DNA of 64,000 bases from Felis catus (GCF_018350175.1 NC_058382.1:38378001-38442000); one strand, 5' to 3'; positions 11,741 through 25,187 are shown, counted from the stretch's first letter. The notes: a model not told the origin generated them from the sequence alone. Translations and numbers: made by a program.

Positions 11741-12255
11741 GATGTGAATCCTTAAAATGCTGCTTTGATGCTCTGGAAGGTTTTGTGTTTCCTTGATCAA
11801 AGTTTATCTCCTTTCATATTTTTCCCTCTTTTAAACATTTCAGTTTCAACATGGGAATACTTATTTGTGAGGGAAAAAAAAATCTTTTGCTTTTTGGCAT
11901 CACCACAAATGAAATCAGCCTTCGGTGTTTTAGGAGTGAAACATCTATTTTTTACTCCAGCTTTGATCCATTAAACCAGCATCCCCTATTTGCCCTGTAA
12001 AATACCTTTAGGAAATTGATAATTTAAAGTCTTGCAGTCAGGCTATCACCCCTTGTAAATCACCTCCCTTCATCCTGGTAAAGATTTCATTAGTACTATC
12101 TTCCTCATTCCCAAACCTTGGCTTGTCCCCTCTGGAGGTCTATCTGGGATTCATTATTCACGTATTCAGTTTATACACCCTACATTTAAAAATTAATTGT
12201 TCTACATGTGTTTCTAATTTCACTGACTCCTATGGCTCTAGATTTCCAGGCCGAG

Positions 12256-12652
12256 TGTTATAGATACTATGGTGTTCTGCCCAGATCCTTCTTCAGGGTA
12301 GAAGCGCCCATTCCCTATCTCCTCCTCATCTCCTCAGTATTGCTGCCAGCAGCTCACAGCTGTTTCTCACTGGGCATTGTCTCAGCCACAGGTGATGCTT
12401 GGCTGACTCAGAGGTGCAAAGGCCCAGACACCTTGAATCAATGTGGGACAGTTCTAAAGGGCCAGTCCAACTTCAGAGCTCCTCATAGGATCTTCTGAGG
12501 CTTCCATTGCAACTTAGTTACCAGTCAGCTTCTCTCCCTGCTCAATTCTGCTTCAATCGCTTTCCTATAGGTGTTCTCGCCTGAGAATAATCCCCAATAA
12601 ACCTTTGGCCTGCAATTCTCCATCACAGTCTCACTGGAGAATTGATTCTAAG
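12256..12652 (+). mobile_element. LTR16-family (ERVL) solo LTR
   Basis: TG start, GCCCAGATCC, AAGGGCCAGTCCAACTTCAGAGCTCC, CCCCAATAAACC poly(A) signal. Confidence 0.8.
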
Positions 12653-13899
12653 TTGCCTGAGGGTCTGGCCCCAGGTTCCACTTGTTTTCAGGCCTAGCGG
12701 CCGAATTCTAACTTTGCTATTCTTGCCCCATTATCAACAAGACCATGTTCCAACTTGCATCTCTGCAGTCTGTATTCATGGTGAAAAGAGTAAGACAAAC
12801 GGCTTGAAAGTGTTAAATAAAATTGGGGTCTTTCTTACTATGAAATCACTAAACACCAAAAGTTTAGGATATCAGTCACATAGAACTGCGTTTGTATTCA
12901 TCCAAAACAGCAACTCCAACAAAACCCAGAATGTAATGTCACATCCATCTCTGTTAGCACATCTGTCAAGCTAAATTGCCACGCAGTTTTTTTAAAGCTA
13001 GGAGGAAGCATCAGCAATACAAGAAAATGCTTAGTGCTATCCAGACGTGGCTCCCTTTGTATAATTAAATTCCATTTCTTTTACAAATGAAAAATGAATA
13101 ATATTCTGGTTGACAGAAGTTCTACAATATTAGCGATGTGTTTTATTTACAATGACTTTAAACAAATGCATTTAATATTCTTGTAAGTGGTGAATCCTTA
13201 ACGTCATTACAGCGCCAGTCCCCCCATCCCCTGCCTCCATGTCTCCCCACTTTTTAAACCACTCATCCAAACACCTACCACCCTCTGCCATGAATCATAA
13301 GGCCCTTCCTGCCTTTCAATCTTCTGATTCTTGGAGCACAAACCTGATTCCTGCCAGGCACATATGAATAGTTCTGCCCTTCCATCAATCATTTGAAACA
13401 CTCAATGACTAGGCAGGAGAACTAAGTTCTTGCTTTTTTTCTTATCTTATTTTAAGGTGTCAAAAGTGGAATTAATGGGCCAAAGAAAGGTGCTATTAAA
13501 AGAAAATAGTAGACCTAGTAAATGAAGTGCATGATCCAGAGACGAGGAATTTACTCTCAATGTACCTGGTAAAGGTGTACTGGAAAAAGAGACCTGAAAA
13601 CCAATGTTATGAATTACGCATGAATATTACATGCCTGTTTCCTCTCTTGAAAGGTGGTTTTCCTAATGGTCACAACAGAAGGACTGAATATCCCAATTCA
13701 AACAGAGCCAAGTCTGTTTTCAATTCCTGGTCCACTCATGGACGAGTCTTGTATGTATATGGCCTAATTCATTAAAGAACTCCTTCAAATGTGTTCTGAA
13801 TGGGGTACTATTGTCCAGATTGACCAATGGGATTTTACCATTGGGAAAAATTATACCAATGGGATTTTAATGGAGGTGACTCATTTTTATGGAGATGAC

Positions 13900-14305
13900 T
13901 GAGTGCCAATACAGAGAGGTAAGTGTCATGGAAAGGGGAAGAAAAAAGTATTACTGACCATTTTGGCCAAGCAGTAGTAGGGGCAAGGGGAAGGCAAGGC
14001 CAGGGGCTTTTCTGAGGTTTCTGTAGGAAAGGCAAGGCAGGGCATGGCAAGGTTAAGAGTTTAGGATTGGCTACTTTGAATTATTCTGGTGGGCTCTAGG
14101 GTATAGAGACAGTCCCTAGTAGTCTGGTACCTGGCCCTGGTGTGAGTTAGGGCAGGGGAAATATTGGCTTGGTATGCCCAATGTGTACAGGAAGGGCATG
14201 TCCCAGGCAAGCTGTCCACCTCTTCCAGCAGTTAGCTAGCCCTGGGATGGGTGGTCTCTCCCCAGGTCTGTATGGCCCAAGGAGAGATGTCAAAACATCA
14301 TAAGA
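13900..14305 (-). mobile_element. ERVL-class LTR (MER74/MER73/LTR47-like)
   Basis: Reverse strand begins TATGATGTTTTGACATCT...CCCATCCCAGGGCTAGCTAAC; GTTTAGGATTGGCTACTTTGAAT; subfamily uncertain. Confidence 0.6.
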
Positions 14306-14509
14306 CACATAGAAAGTTGAACAAAATATAATTAATAACCCCCCAAAGAACCATTTCTTTCCAATGATTTAAGCACAGCACATCTCTTAAAACATGGTAA
14401 CAATGGACAATATAATGCTGACATTCTACTTGGTACTGAAAGAAACATCCTCTTTCCCTCACTGAATTTGGGAAGGAAGATGGCCCCTGGTCAAAAATAG
14501 AAGGTTCTT

Positions 14510-14722
14510 GGGGCACCTGGGTTGCTCAGTTGGTTAAGCATCCAACTTTGGCTCAGGTCACGATCTCATGGTTCGTCCGTTTGAGCCCTACAATGGGCTC
14601 TGTGGTGATAGGTCGGAGCCTGGAGCCTGTTTCGGATTATGTCTGTGTCTCTCTCTCTGCCCCTCCCTGGCTCATGCTCTGTTTCTGTTTCTAAAAAATA
14701 AATAAACATTAAAAAATTAAAA
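14510..14722 (+). mobile_element. Can-SINE
   Basis: Perfect TSD AAAAATAGAAGGTTCTT at 14493-14509 and 14723-14739. Confidence 0.97.
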
Positions 14723-15109
14723 AAAAATAGAAGGTTCTTCCAATCCATGGTTTCAGAGTTTCAGTGGGCCTTCTTCTATCTATGAATAAAACAAGGAAAG
14801 GGTGCTGAATGTTTCAGTTCTATAGGTGTTTCTGATTCTCTGCAGACCCAAAGTAAGCATAATGTGGTTATGTACACACAAGTGTGTCTGTGTGTGATTC
14901 AACTACTCACTGGGAAGTGGGAGACCTACAATACTCACACCCAGTTTTCTAAGGAGCATGTGTTACTAAAACTGAGAATGAATTGTCCTGAGGACAGATT
15001 CACATCGGGGAGAAGCATTAGTAGGAGGAAAGACATGTGGCAAGACCAAATACAGAGAATTATATGTAGAACTTTCTATGAAGTCAGAGGACCCAGGGAT
15101 GTTGAATAC

Positions 15110-15570
15110 TTCATAATTAATTAATTCAACAAGTTTATATTCAGTTCTACAATATTCTAGGAGCTGATCCAGTTACTAGGGATTATTAAAGTGAATAAGC
15201 TACACAAAGACACCCTGGTCTCTGTCTGTCCATGTGTATGTTGTACTAGGAGAGAGAGAGAGATGTTCTGTACCTATCTATACATTACGTATCGTTGGTC
15301 TGTTTTATTTTAAATGTGCATTTATTCTACATGTGTTAATGTTTTGAATGTATTTCATTATTTTTTTATAGAACATGTTGGCTGTTGGATGGACCAATGA
15401 CAGTAGCGATGCAACAGAAGAAATAGAACACCAAGAGAAGCTCTATCACAATAATCCAGGTAAAAGATGATAGTGGTATGAATTGGGTTGTTGTGAGTGG
15501 GTGTGGTAATCAGTGGGTATATAGAGAATATTTTTGGATGTTGGAACTTGCAGATTTTATACTGTAAGGA
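15110..15570 (-). mobile_element. L2 fragments
   Basis: ATTCAACAAGTTTAT antisense tail; CAATAATCCAGGTAAAAGATGATAGTGG. Confidence 0.65.
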
Positions 15571-17646
15571 TTCAGTAAATTCTAAAACAGTAGGCAGGTC
15601 TTTGAAGAAAACAGAAAGATAGGCAGTAAAAGGAAGTGTTGCTTTTTCTTACTCTCAATCCCCTGCTCCATTCTGGGCAGAAAATGTAGGATTCTATCAA
15701 TGTCACAGTTCTATCAATGCTGAAAAGTCCCTGGCAGTGACAAGCATCACAGTTGACAGAGAGACAGCATGATGCTGAAGAGCAGCTGCAGAGTGGGTGA
15801 ATCTGGGAGGTCATAGGATGAACCCTCCTCTTCCCCATCAGGTACTAAAGTGAGGTGACTTTGGATATGTGAAAATGTAAGGAGATTGGCTCCTAAGACT
15901 ATACCTGTGTAAATTATCCAGGAAAAGAAAGGAGACTCCAGTCCTCAGATGTGGCTCACAGTCTGCCTTGTTTTCTTATGTTTCTCTTGGGTCTTTGTGC
16001 ATTCTGTGATACACTGATGAGACTGTTTCAGCATCTTTTACAGGAGCCAGGTGAAGTAAACAGCTAATATGAGAGCATATCAATATGCTGATATGAATAA
16101 TAGAGCTCATTAAAACACAAACCTACTGACTCAATTGCCCATTTGTTGCAAACTGAAGAGAGACACAGCAAGAAAGACCAAGGCACATCTTGGTACTTAG
16201 AGCTTAGATAACATTATAGTGAAAAAGAGACTTCACGTCACATTCCCACAACGGGCTTTTTTTGCCCCCATAGCTTGATCTTCAGCTCTGTATTCTATGA
16301 CAAGGTAACATTTTTATGAACAAGTTAAATGTCTGTGATCAGCCTTTCTATGAAATTAGTTTTGTCCCAAATGTCTGTTTTTCCAGTTGTTAAATTACTT
16401 CACGTCATGCTCCAAGACTTATATAGTATACAACAATCAAACGGGAACAACACTTTGCATAGCATTAAATGCCAAATATTCTCTGACACTCCAGTAACTG
16501 AACGACAGCCAAAAAAATTTGTGTTTGCTAAGGTTCCTTGCTGTCCTGATTGCCAAGTGAGCCCAGCTTGGGAGATATTGGCTTGCCAAGTGTCAGTACG
16601 GTGTTAATATTGTTATTATTCTCTCTGAGAGAAGTATATAATGCCATTACCTCCAAAGGTATTATTGATAGTGAGGATTACCATTACAATCTGTATAATT
16701 ATTGCAGCACCAATAACTAAGTCCCCTTCATCAAATATTTATGTAACTTTGCTGGCTCCTTCAGCAATGCTGATTTTAAAGGTGTTTGGTGGACTGTGTC
16801 ATTGGATCTTTGCTACCCAGCTGAATATTTAATTCATATGTGGGTTTCCTAGGCACTTAAGAGTAAAGAAACCTAGGGCACTCATTAAGATTTTACTCCC
16901 AGGTTGAAGGGGATGAACCAGAGGGTGTTCACCTGGATGAGAATACGTCCTGCTACTTTGATCAGTTACATTTCCTACTTTCTATAATCAGGTAGGATAG
17001 CTTCTCCCCTGATTTGCATCCAGATTCATATAAGAATAGAAAGATAGGATATTCTAATTCAATGAAAGGGAAAAAGATGCGAAAATACATACTTGTATGG
17101 ATGGTCCAGATAGATATATCTATGATTTCACAAAGAACACACAAAAATATACTTAGTAGTTTGGAGCTCAATCTCTTAGCCAGTTTGGACCTTGGAAACT
17201 GAACCCTGACTTGTGCTATAACATCATAAAGAGCTTCGTGATCTATCCTAGATTTGATGCTCTGGGGATTCTGGATAGATTAACAAGGAAGATGAAGACT
17301 TGTCAGAAGGGTGTATACATGGGATGAGGAGGAGTATGATGCCATGGGTGTTGGAGTTGGGGGTATAATAGAAATGAGAGAAGAGGAATCAAACTAGGAA
17401 AGAGTTTCCATTTTCTGCAGGTTCTGTAGAGGAACTGTATTATCGCCCTAAAGCATAAAGTGAGGTTCTGATGCAAATCTCTCTTTAAGAGAGTAATGCT
17501 TAAAGACCTACGAGTATTTACTTAAGAAAGGGCAATAGGGTTATGTGCATTCTTAGCGTTAAATTAAAACAGTGTCTGGTGTGGTATTAAAAGCCCCCAC
17601 CACAATGGTACCATTGAAGGCGACGGGTCATTAGCCTTCATTAGCA

Positions 17647-17810
17647 NNNNNNNNNNNNNNNNNNNNNNNNNNNNNNNNNNNNNNNNNNNNNNNNNNNNNN
17701 NNNNNNNNNNNNNNNNNNNNNNNNNNNNNNNNNNNNNNNNNNNNNNNNNNNNNNNNNNNNNNNNNNNNNNNNNNNNNNNNNNNNNNNNNNNNNNNNNNNN
17801 NNNNNNNNNN
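17647..17810. other. Assembly gap (164 N)
   Basis: N run. Confidence 0.99.
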
Positions 17811-18288
17811 TCTTTGTGCTAGATAATAGGGGTGGCTGGAGAAGCTTTATGTCACTAATTTCAGAAACTGAATACAATCTCAGTATCTCAGCATGAGTAT
17901 TTTGAAAGCTCAGAGGAGAAAAAATGAAATAACATCAACTATTTTAGAATAGTGTAAAGGGAACAGCTTTTAAACTCCTTTTCATCAGTGTCTCATTTTT
18001 AGAAGCTACGTTTAAATGCACTGATGATAACATCAATTGATTTCTTTTTTCTTTGTGTAGGGGTTTTGGAAGTTGTTCAATATTTCCTGAATTAAAAAAA
18101 GTGTTTTCCCCAAAATTCCTTGTTTGATAATTTTGAGAAAGAAGTTTTAACTGAGTATCCCAAATGTGAAGAACAACAAAGTAGATGGTGAAGAAGACTT
18201 TAATAAAATTAGAGTACTGGTTATTTATTTTTAATGATTTATGTTTTGATTTTATGACAATTAAATAGCTCTGTTTGACCCAAACTCA

Positions 18289-18417
18289 NNNNNNNNNNNN
18301 NNNNNNNNNNNNNNNNNNNNNNNNNNNNNNNNNNNNNNNNNNNNNNNNNNNNNNNNNNNNNNNNNNNNNNNNNNNNNNNNNNNNNNNNNNNNNNNNNNNN
18401 NNNNNNNNNNNNNNNNN
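18289..18417. other. Assembly gap (129 N)
   Basis: N run. Confidence 0.99.
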
Positions 18418-18560
18418 TTCATCCATTAATTTGTTTATTCAATCATTCATTTATTTCAAAACATTTATTGAGTATCTACAAAATCCTAAACCCTTTAATA
18501 AATGCTGGATATTAACATGGAATAAGTTAACATCTCAGAATGCTACCATCTCTACAGGCT
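18418..18560 (-). mobile_element. L2 3' tail
   Basis: TTCATTTATTTCAAAACATTTATTGAGTATCTAC. Confidence 0.7.
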
Positions 18561-18856
18561 GAACGCATTGCAAGAGCAAAGTAGACCAGCAATAGCTACA
18601 GATGGGAAGAACATTAGGATGAGATGTAAGGTACAAAAGGAGCTGACACACAAGCCGAGGTGTTGATTTGGATGAATGTAAGTGGTTGGGAGGTAGCTTG
18701 AATCAGTCAGAAGAGACTACAAAGTTATTGCAATTTAGAATTTTACGTAAAATCTTTCTGCAGTTCTCTCCCCGCAAGGCAGTTTTAGTCCACAGCAATG
18801 TTATCTATTTTCCAAGGTATAAAATTATGTATCCAAAATAAAATATTTCCAATATC

Positions 18857-18912
<56 letters not shown>

Positions 18913-18922
18913 GTATCTATCT
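18857..18922. repeat. (CTAT)14 GTAT CTAT tetranucleotide microsatellite
   Basis: Direct count of units. Confidence 0.97.
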
Positions 18923-20049
18923 CCCTCCCTCCCTATTTATCTATCATCTCTTTCTCCCACATCTTAAGCATTCTGCCCTTTTTGCCCTTACTGCCTCCCC
19001 TGTTTATAGCCTAAGCATTTTATCAGATTATCTTTTTTGGAGGGAAGAGTACATAAAGAGTGATGGCAGGAATCTTTTACATAACTCACTGAACTGTGAT
19101 CCCCACATGAGTGAAGGCCTGGTGTACAAACTGAGAAAGCTAACTCCCCAGGGGTTTGCATATTGATGAGCTTTAAGGAATAAAAGATAGGGGCCTTGAA
19201 TGTGTAACCTCTATTCATTTCATTTTGTTTGGCAGAGATTGTAAGAAAGCTCATTGCAGTGAACTGTGACAAATGGAAACCTTGATTTCAATTGCATCAC
19301 ATTCTTGGTACCCATGGTAGGTGAGTTAAATGGCTATGCTTAATTTAATTAACTATTTCACAATCAGTTGCATATATCTTATTGTCTAACAACACTTAAA
19401 AGAATATCTATCAATAGTTATATATTTTAAACAACTATATCCTTTAAAAACAGCCAGTGCATTTGGATTCCTTACCTCAAACTCTGATATTCCACAGGTT
19501 TCCTTAGGCCAGTTAGCAAACAGCTATTTAATAAATATAAATCATTTGTGTTCTTACTTCTACTAGTGCAAATTATATGTTATAAACCAAACGATCGCTG
19601 AGAAGTCTTATTTTGCAAACAAATGTGGAAGAAAGGTATCAGTCTGCCAGAATAAAATTTCTTTCAAACTCATTTGTTATTTAAAGTATTTTAAAACTTT
19701 GTATATCAGTGAATACACATTTAATTTGTTCATCCCAATGATCTATCTCTGAGGGCCAAATCACTACTTTCTTTTTCTACATTAATAACTTCATATTCAG
19801 AAAAGTTGGCACTGAGCACATTGCTGAAACTGTTCAAATGTGAACGTGAGATATTTTAAACTTGGGCTTTGTTCCCCTAGTTCATGGGATGTCAAGTGTC
19901 TCAAGTAACAAAGAAAATCTTGTACATGTGGACATACCTTTGTGAAATTTTAACAAATGATACTTTAATGTCTCCATCTATAGACTTTCTCTAAAACCTG
20001 TCCAAATGACAGATAACAAAATTAAGACACAACCAATATTAATATCACT

Positions 20050-20290
20050 AAAGCACTTTTAAATATTCAGTACATCGTGCAGAGTGCTATGCTGTATGTT
20101 AATTGTTACAGCTATCCTGTGGAAGAGCTATTGTTATTATCTCCATTTCTCCATTGAACTCACTAAAGGTTGGAGAGGTTAAGTAACTTGCTCAGGGTGA
20201 TTTAGTCCAGCCCTGGTCAGGGAGACTCTAATGAAAGTACAACTCTCACTCTTGCTTCTGTCCATAAAGCACTGGTTTTATTGCCTCATA
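20050..20290 (-). mobile_element. MIR SINE
   Basis: TTATTATCTCCATTT ... GAGAGGTTAAGTAACTTGCTCAGGGT. Confidence 0.75.
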
Positions 20291-20784
20291 TATGCCATCT
20301 TAGAATTCTAAATCTCATCCTAAATCTGAAAGTCGTGTGTCTAGCTTCCTGATAGTGGCCGGGAGATTGCTGTTCTGTCACTCTCTATACAGAAACACGA
20401 AGGCCTGTCCTGGAAACCTGAACTCAGCAAACTTCTGTTCATATTACAGCCTTCACTCTTTAGTTTGTTGAACTGTTTCCAAGTTGTACATCTGTCTTTC
20501 TAAGCTGGTAGCTTGGGACAATGTTGGGACAACAGCAATAACAGTAAGACACCTTTCTAATTACCTTGACGATAAAATCGATTAATCAGAAGGAATGAGG
20601 AGTCTCTAGAAGCATGTGGAATTTCCAGAAACTAAAAATCAATCTTACTCTCTTTCTCTCCCCTAACCTCCCTAAATCTCTGATCTATGCTTCTTTATAC
20701 TTTCTATAGTCCTGGCTTCCAATGCTGTTCCATGCCTGATTTTCCTCCTTCAACTGACCACCATCAACAGAGTGATTCAGGAAA

Positions 20785-21180
20785 ATTTTTCTTTTAGTTC
20801 AAATTATTAAGAGAATGTACATACATTTCTGGATTCTCTACTCTATTGGCCTATGTATTCAACCCTCCACCATTTCCATAGTCTTGATTAATATAGCTAT
20901 ATAATAATCCTTGAAATTGAACAGACTGATTTGTCTTTTATTCTTCCTTTTCAAAACTGCATTCACTATTGTAGATCCTGTGCCTTTATATATAAATTTT
21001 AGAACAATCTTGTGTATGTTCACAAAAAATTGATGGAATTTTGAAAGGTACTGTGTTAAACCTGTGTTTTAATTGACATCTTTACTAAGTACGTCTTTCA
21101 ACTGATGAGCACAGCATGTCCTTTCACTTATTTATATCTTCTTTGATTTCTTTCATTAATACTGTGAAGTTTTCAGTGAA
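20785..21180 (-). mobile_element. Old L1 ORF2 internal fragment
   Basis: ATTTCTGGATTCTCTACTCT, GTCTTGATTA, TATAAATTTTAGAACAATCTTG, AATTGACATCTTTAC, TCTTCTTTGATTTCTTTCAT. Confidence 0.85.
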
Positions 21181-21272
21181 AAAACCATGGTGAAATATAT
21201 TAATACATTAACATGTTTCCCAAGGACCAAACCTCACTTTGTCAGAAAAGAAATAGTGAAAGAAAGGTTTTA

Positions 21273-21480
21273 GGGGCACCTGGGTGGTTCAGTCAGTTAA
21301 ACGTCTGACTCTTGGTTTTGGATCAGGTCATGATCTCACAGTTCATGAGATCAAGCCCCTCGTGGGACTCTGTGCTGACAGCGTAGAGCCTGCTTGGGAT
21401 AATCTCTTCTCTCTCTGCCCCTCCCCAACTTGGATGCTCTCTCTCTCTCTTTTTCAAAATAAATACATAAACTTAAAAAA
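21273..21480 (+). mobile_element. Can-SINE
   Basis: GGGGCACCTGGGTGGTTCAGTCAGTTAA head, CT tract, A tail; TSD degraded. Confidence 0.93.
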
Positions 21481-24338
21481 TATTTTACTTTAGCTTTGCC
21501 TATATATTAATCTTTTAGTTCCATCAGCTATGATTAAGGCGGATAGAGTTATAAAAGGATCAGGTGGTATTTAGGTTATCCTTGAATCACACCTACCATA
21601 CATGTTCTCTGTTGCTGACCAGTTCAAAGCAGAATGAGTGGGGTCAGCCCTCTACCTCACTCCCTAAATTGTTTACAAACTGTCTCAGTTCATTAGATTC
21701 CAATAAATTCAGGAGGAGGAGAAGAGCTAGATCTCAGAATTTCAGACATGTATTAATTGTCCAGAAGAGCAAATGAGATCATTGTCTCAGATGACACTTT
21801 GTATGTTTTGGAGAGCCTAGTTTTCTCTTCTGAAGATCACAGACTATGACAATAATTCGGGGGAGCCATGAAGTTGTATAGATTTTCTAGGAACTTGTGC
21901 TCATTGAGTCAACTGTGCCATTTCAAAATATTCTACAAAAAATAGCTTTAAGAACCATTCTTAAAGATGGAGAAAGATGGAACTATTCACACCAAGTATT
22001 AGTCAGCTTATCAGTGAAAGGAAGTTTATAGCAAGGCATAAACAATGGGTAATGTAGCTGGTGCTACACTATTTTAGACCTTAAACAGCTAGATGATTTG
22101 CTTCTTTGTGTATTACTCAGTAATGCTTGGTTAAACAGACAAAATAAGAGCTAAAGTCTCTGGCTTTCTGGAGACAGTAGAATCCCTTCCATTCTCCAGT
22201 GTCCCCTGCTAACCATCTCTGATAAATGCCCATTTCTTCTACCAAGTGTTTACTTGGGAAGTAAAGTTTCATTCAACTTTGAATACTCTCCTGTTGGTGG
22301 TGATGTGTGGGCTTGCTCAAGAGGCTCATTCTTGAGATGAGGGAGTTGGAAACAGTCAAGGGAAAGCAATGATAGAATGAATACAGTTAACAGATGCATA
22401 TCAGCACTGTTGACTCAAGGTAATTGTTCAGAGACCTTAAGCTCCCAGGTTGAGGTAGGGGGAAAAAAAAAGGACATATTTACTGTGCACCAGAGAGAAA
22501 GGCCAGGGCAGAAGCCCCTGAAAGTCAAGTGAAGATACACTGGACCCACTATACCTAATTAGCACCCTGTGTCTGATTCTTGGACATAGCTTGCTTGGAC
22601 ATACAACCTGTTGGTGTGCTCATATGGAAAACTCCATAGCCAGTGGAGAAAAATCTAAGAATTTGGTTTGGGAAAATTGAGATTCCTCAGTATATTGGAG
22701 AGGTATATTTGAGAGAGTTTTACCACTTGTGGACGTAGCTAGCCGAGAAACAAATACTTTTTTACTTCAATATTTAACTAAATAAAGGTAGATAAGTTTA
22801 CTGCCAACCTTAAAATTATGTACAACTATATCGATCAATTCTTTTTTATTACAGATGATAAAACTGATCAACAAATTGGGTGGCTTATTTAAAATTTCAA
22901 GATTAGTTTAGATAGTTCAAAACTGTGACGGAGTTTTGCAGATTTTCTTCCTAATGCTTTTCCCTTTATGCACATCATCTAAAAATTAAAAACAAAATGT
23001 CAACAAAGAAACAAAAAATTTCCTGTTTGGAAAAAAAAATACAATAGGGAGTTCAGGGACAATAATCTAAACATGTTCAATTGATGGTTTATTGAAAAAT
23101 TTAATCTTTCAAAACTCAAAACAGTTTATGTAATTTTTTACTGCATTTCCCATTGTGTCCATGTTTGGTTGTCTCAAAATTGAACACAGAAAAAAGAATT
23201 CTCATTTTTGTTCCTCTTTTTTTTTTTTAATTCCCTTTGTAACAGTAAGACACCGATATTTTCATGATTTTTTAAAAACACTTGGAATGGGCTATATCAT
23301 TTTTTTTTTTTTGCAGGCAACTTGAGACTTGAAATTTATCACATCACTAGTTCAGGAAAAAAGGAAAATGAGACCCCGCGATGGCTGAGTCAATCATCAA
23401 AACTTTAGCCACAATAGACAGGTAGAGTGGGGGGAGAGACAGAGTCTTTAGTTTGAAGCAAAGAGCTTATGGTTATTATAAGGGATACTATCCAAAGTCG
23501 GCTTAAATAAAGAGTGCTTTTTTTTTTTTTGGTTTTATCTTAGAATCATTTCATATTGCTTTTTGATTCCAGGAGATACTAGAGTATTCATGTATTGAAA
23601 AGTAATTCAAAGTTTCCACTAATAAGAAACTTATGGATCATACAGACTCGAATGAAAAGGAAAGGAAGACTGTCCTAAGACACCCAGAAATGTTTCTTCT
23701 CTGTCCCCAAACTATCTATCTGAATATTCTACAAACCACATCTCAGTTTGTACTATTTCTATAGATATCCTCAGTTCTCTCAAATGATGTTTTATCCAGA
23801 TGCTGATAGATACTCTCTTGAAATGTATTCCAGAACTTTCCCCTTGCATCTCCTTATTGATCATTTCCTTCATGTTGAAATTGTTCCAGCTCTTAAATTC
23901 TAAAACTCTGAAATTCTTTTGTATATTCTCTTTGTCCTAGAAAGCTTTCCTGACTGTACTTGCTGCTTCTTTTGGAAAGCTTGTCATGAAGAGCTGTCAC
24001 CTCTTCCTCTAATCTTTGATTTCTTTGCATACACAAGTATCAACTAATCTTTAATTTTTATAGATTTCACTTCCAAAACACTTGCCATGTGCATATTATA
24101 TGTGGGCACTTTGAACTCTCCTATGTCATATTTTGGCTGTTGCTCATCAGGTGAGTAACTTACATTTCATTTTCCAACACAGTGTTTCTACCTGCTGCTA
24201 TCGTCCATTATCAGTAGCATTCTAGTTTTGAAACTACTTGAATATTACTGAATCTGCCTGATATATGAAAACAGTGGACAACAGAAAAAAGTGCCTGTAG
24301 CACTGATACGTGGAGTATCATAAAAGTGTGATGAAACA

Positions 24339-24562
24339 GGGGCGCCTGGGTGGCGCAGTCGGTTAAGCGTCCGACTTCAGCCAGGTCACGATCTCGCGGT
24401 CCGTGAGTTCGAGCCCCGCGTCAGGCTCTGGGCTGATGGCTCAGAGCCTGGAGCCTGTTTCTGATTCTGTGTCTCCCTTTCTCTCTGCCCCTCCCCCGTT
24501 CATGCTCTTTCTCTCTCTGTCCCCCCCCCCAAAAAAAAAATAAATAAATAAACGTTGAAAAA
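24339..24562 (+). mobile_element. Young felid Can-SINE (SINEC_Fc-type)
   Basis: CpG-rich GGCGCAGTCGG...GCCAGGTCACGATCTCGCGGTCCG, AAACGTTGAAAA tail; TSD AAAAGTGTGA(T/C)GAAA. Confidence 0.97.
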
Positions 24563-24967
24563 AAAAGTGTGACGAAATTAAAAACAAATGGAAAATGTTC
24601 AAATGCCTATCAAAAACAATACATGCCTAGGGTTAGCTGGACCCTCAGTGACCTTAAGCCAGTTATCAATCTTTGATTTTGAAACAAAGAAACAAAATTA
24701 AGGAAATTATAAGAAATGCTAGTATTACATTATTGAAAATTGTATCTAAAATGAAAGGTAAAATCAGTGATTATAATATCACGTTTTACTTCTTTGGAGA
24801 TAGAATTGGCACAATAATTTGTAATTATAATATTTATAATTTGTATTTTTGAATTTTGGTTAACTTTTAATAAAAGTATTATTTGCAAGGTGGGCAACTT
24901 ATTATATGACTTTGTTGAGTTGATGAACATTATGATAGCTTCTCCTTGCCAGGATTTCTCCTTCTTC

Positions 24968-25101
24968 NNNNNNNNNNNNNNNNNNNNNNNNNNNNNNNNN
25001 NNNNNNNNNNNNNNNNNNNNNNNNNNNNNNNNNNNNNNNNNNNNNNNNNNNNNNNNNNNNNNNNNNNNNNNNNNNNNNNNNNNNNNNNNNNNNNNNNNNN
25101 N
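24968..25101. other. Assembly gap (134 N)
   Basis: N run. Confidence 0.99.
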
Positions 25102-25187
25102 TTTGGCGAAAATTAAAGCTCTGAGGATAAGGTATCTTCTTTATTATCACAGAAATAAACATGGTAGAATCTAAATTAACATTTAGG

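Noticed and set aside
18798-19166. 122-aa ORF
   Set aside because: Length is due to the (CTAT)n repeat (IYLS repeats); no domain similarity
22180-22720. Possible old LTR
   Set aside because: Only vague motif resemblance; family and ends could not be supported
23317-23421. Strong acceptor T12-GCAG with donor CAG|GTAGAG
   Set aside because: Weak donor, stops in all frames, sequence resembles a decayed MIR
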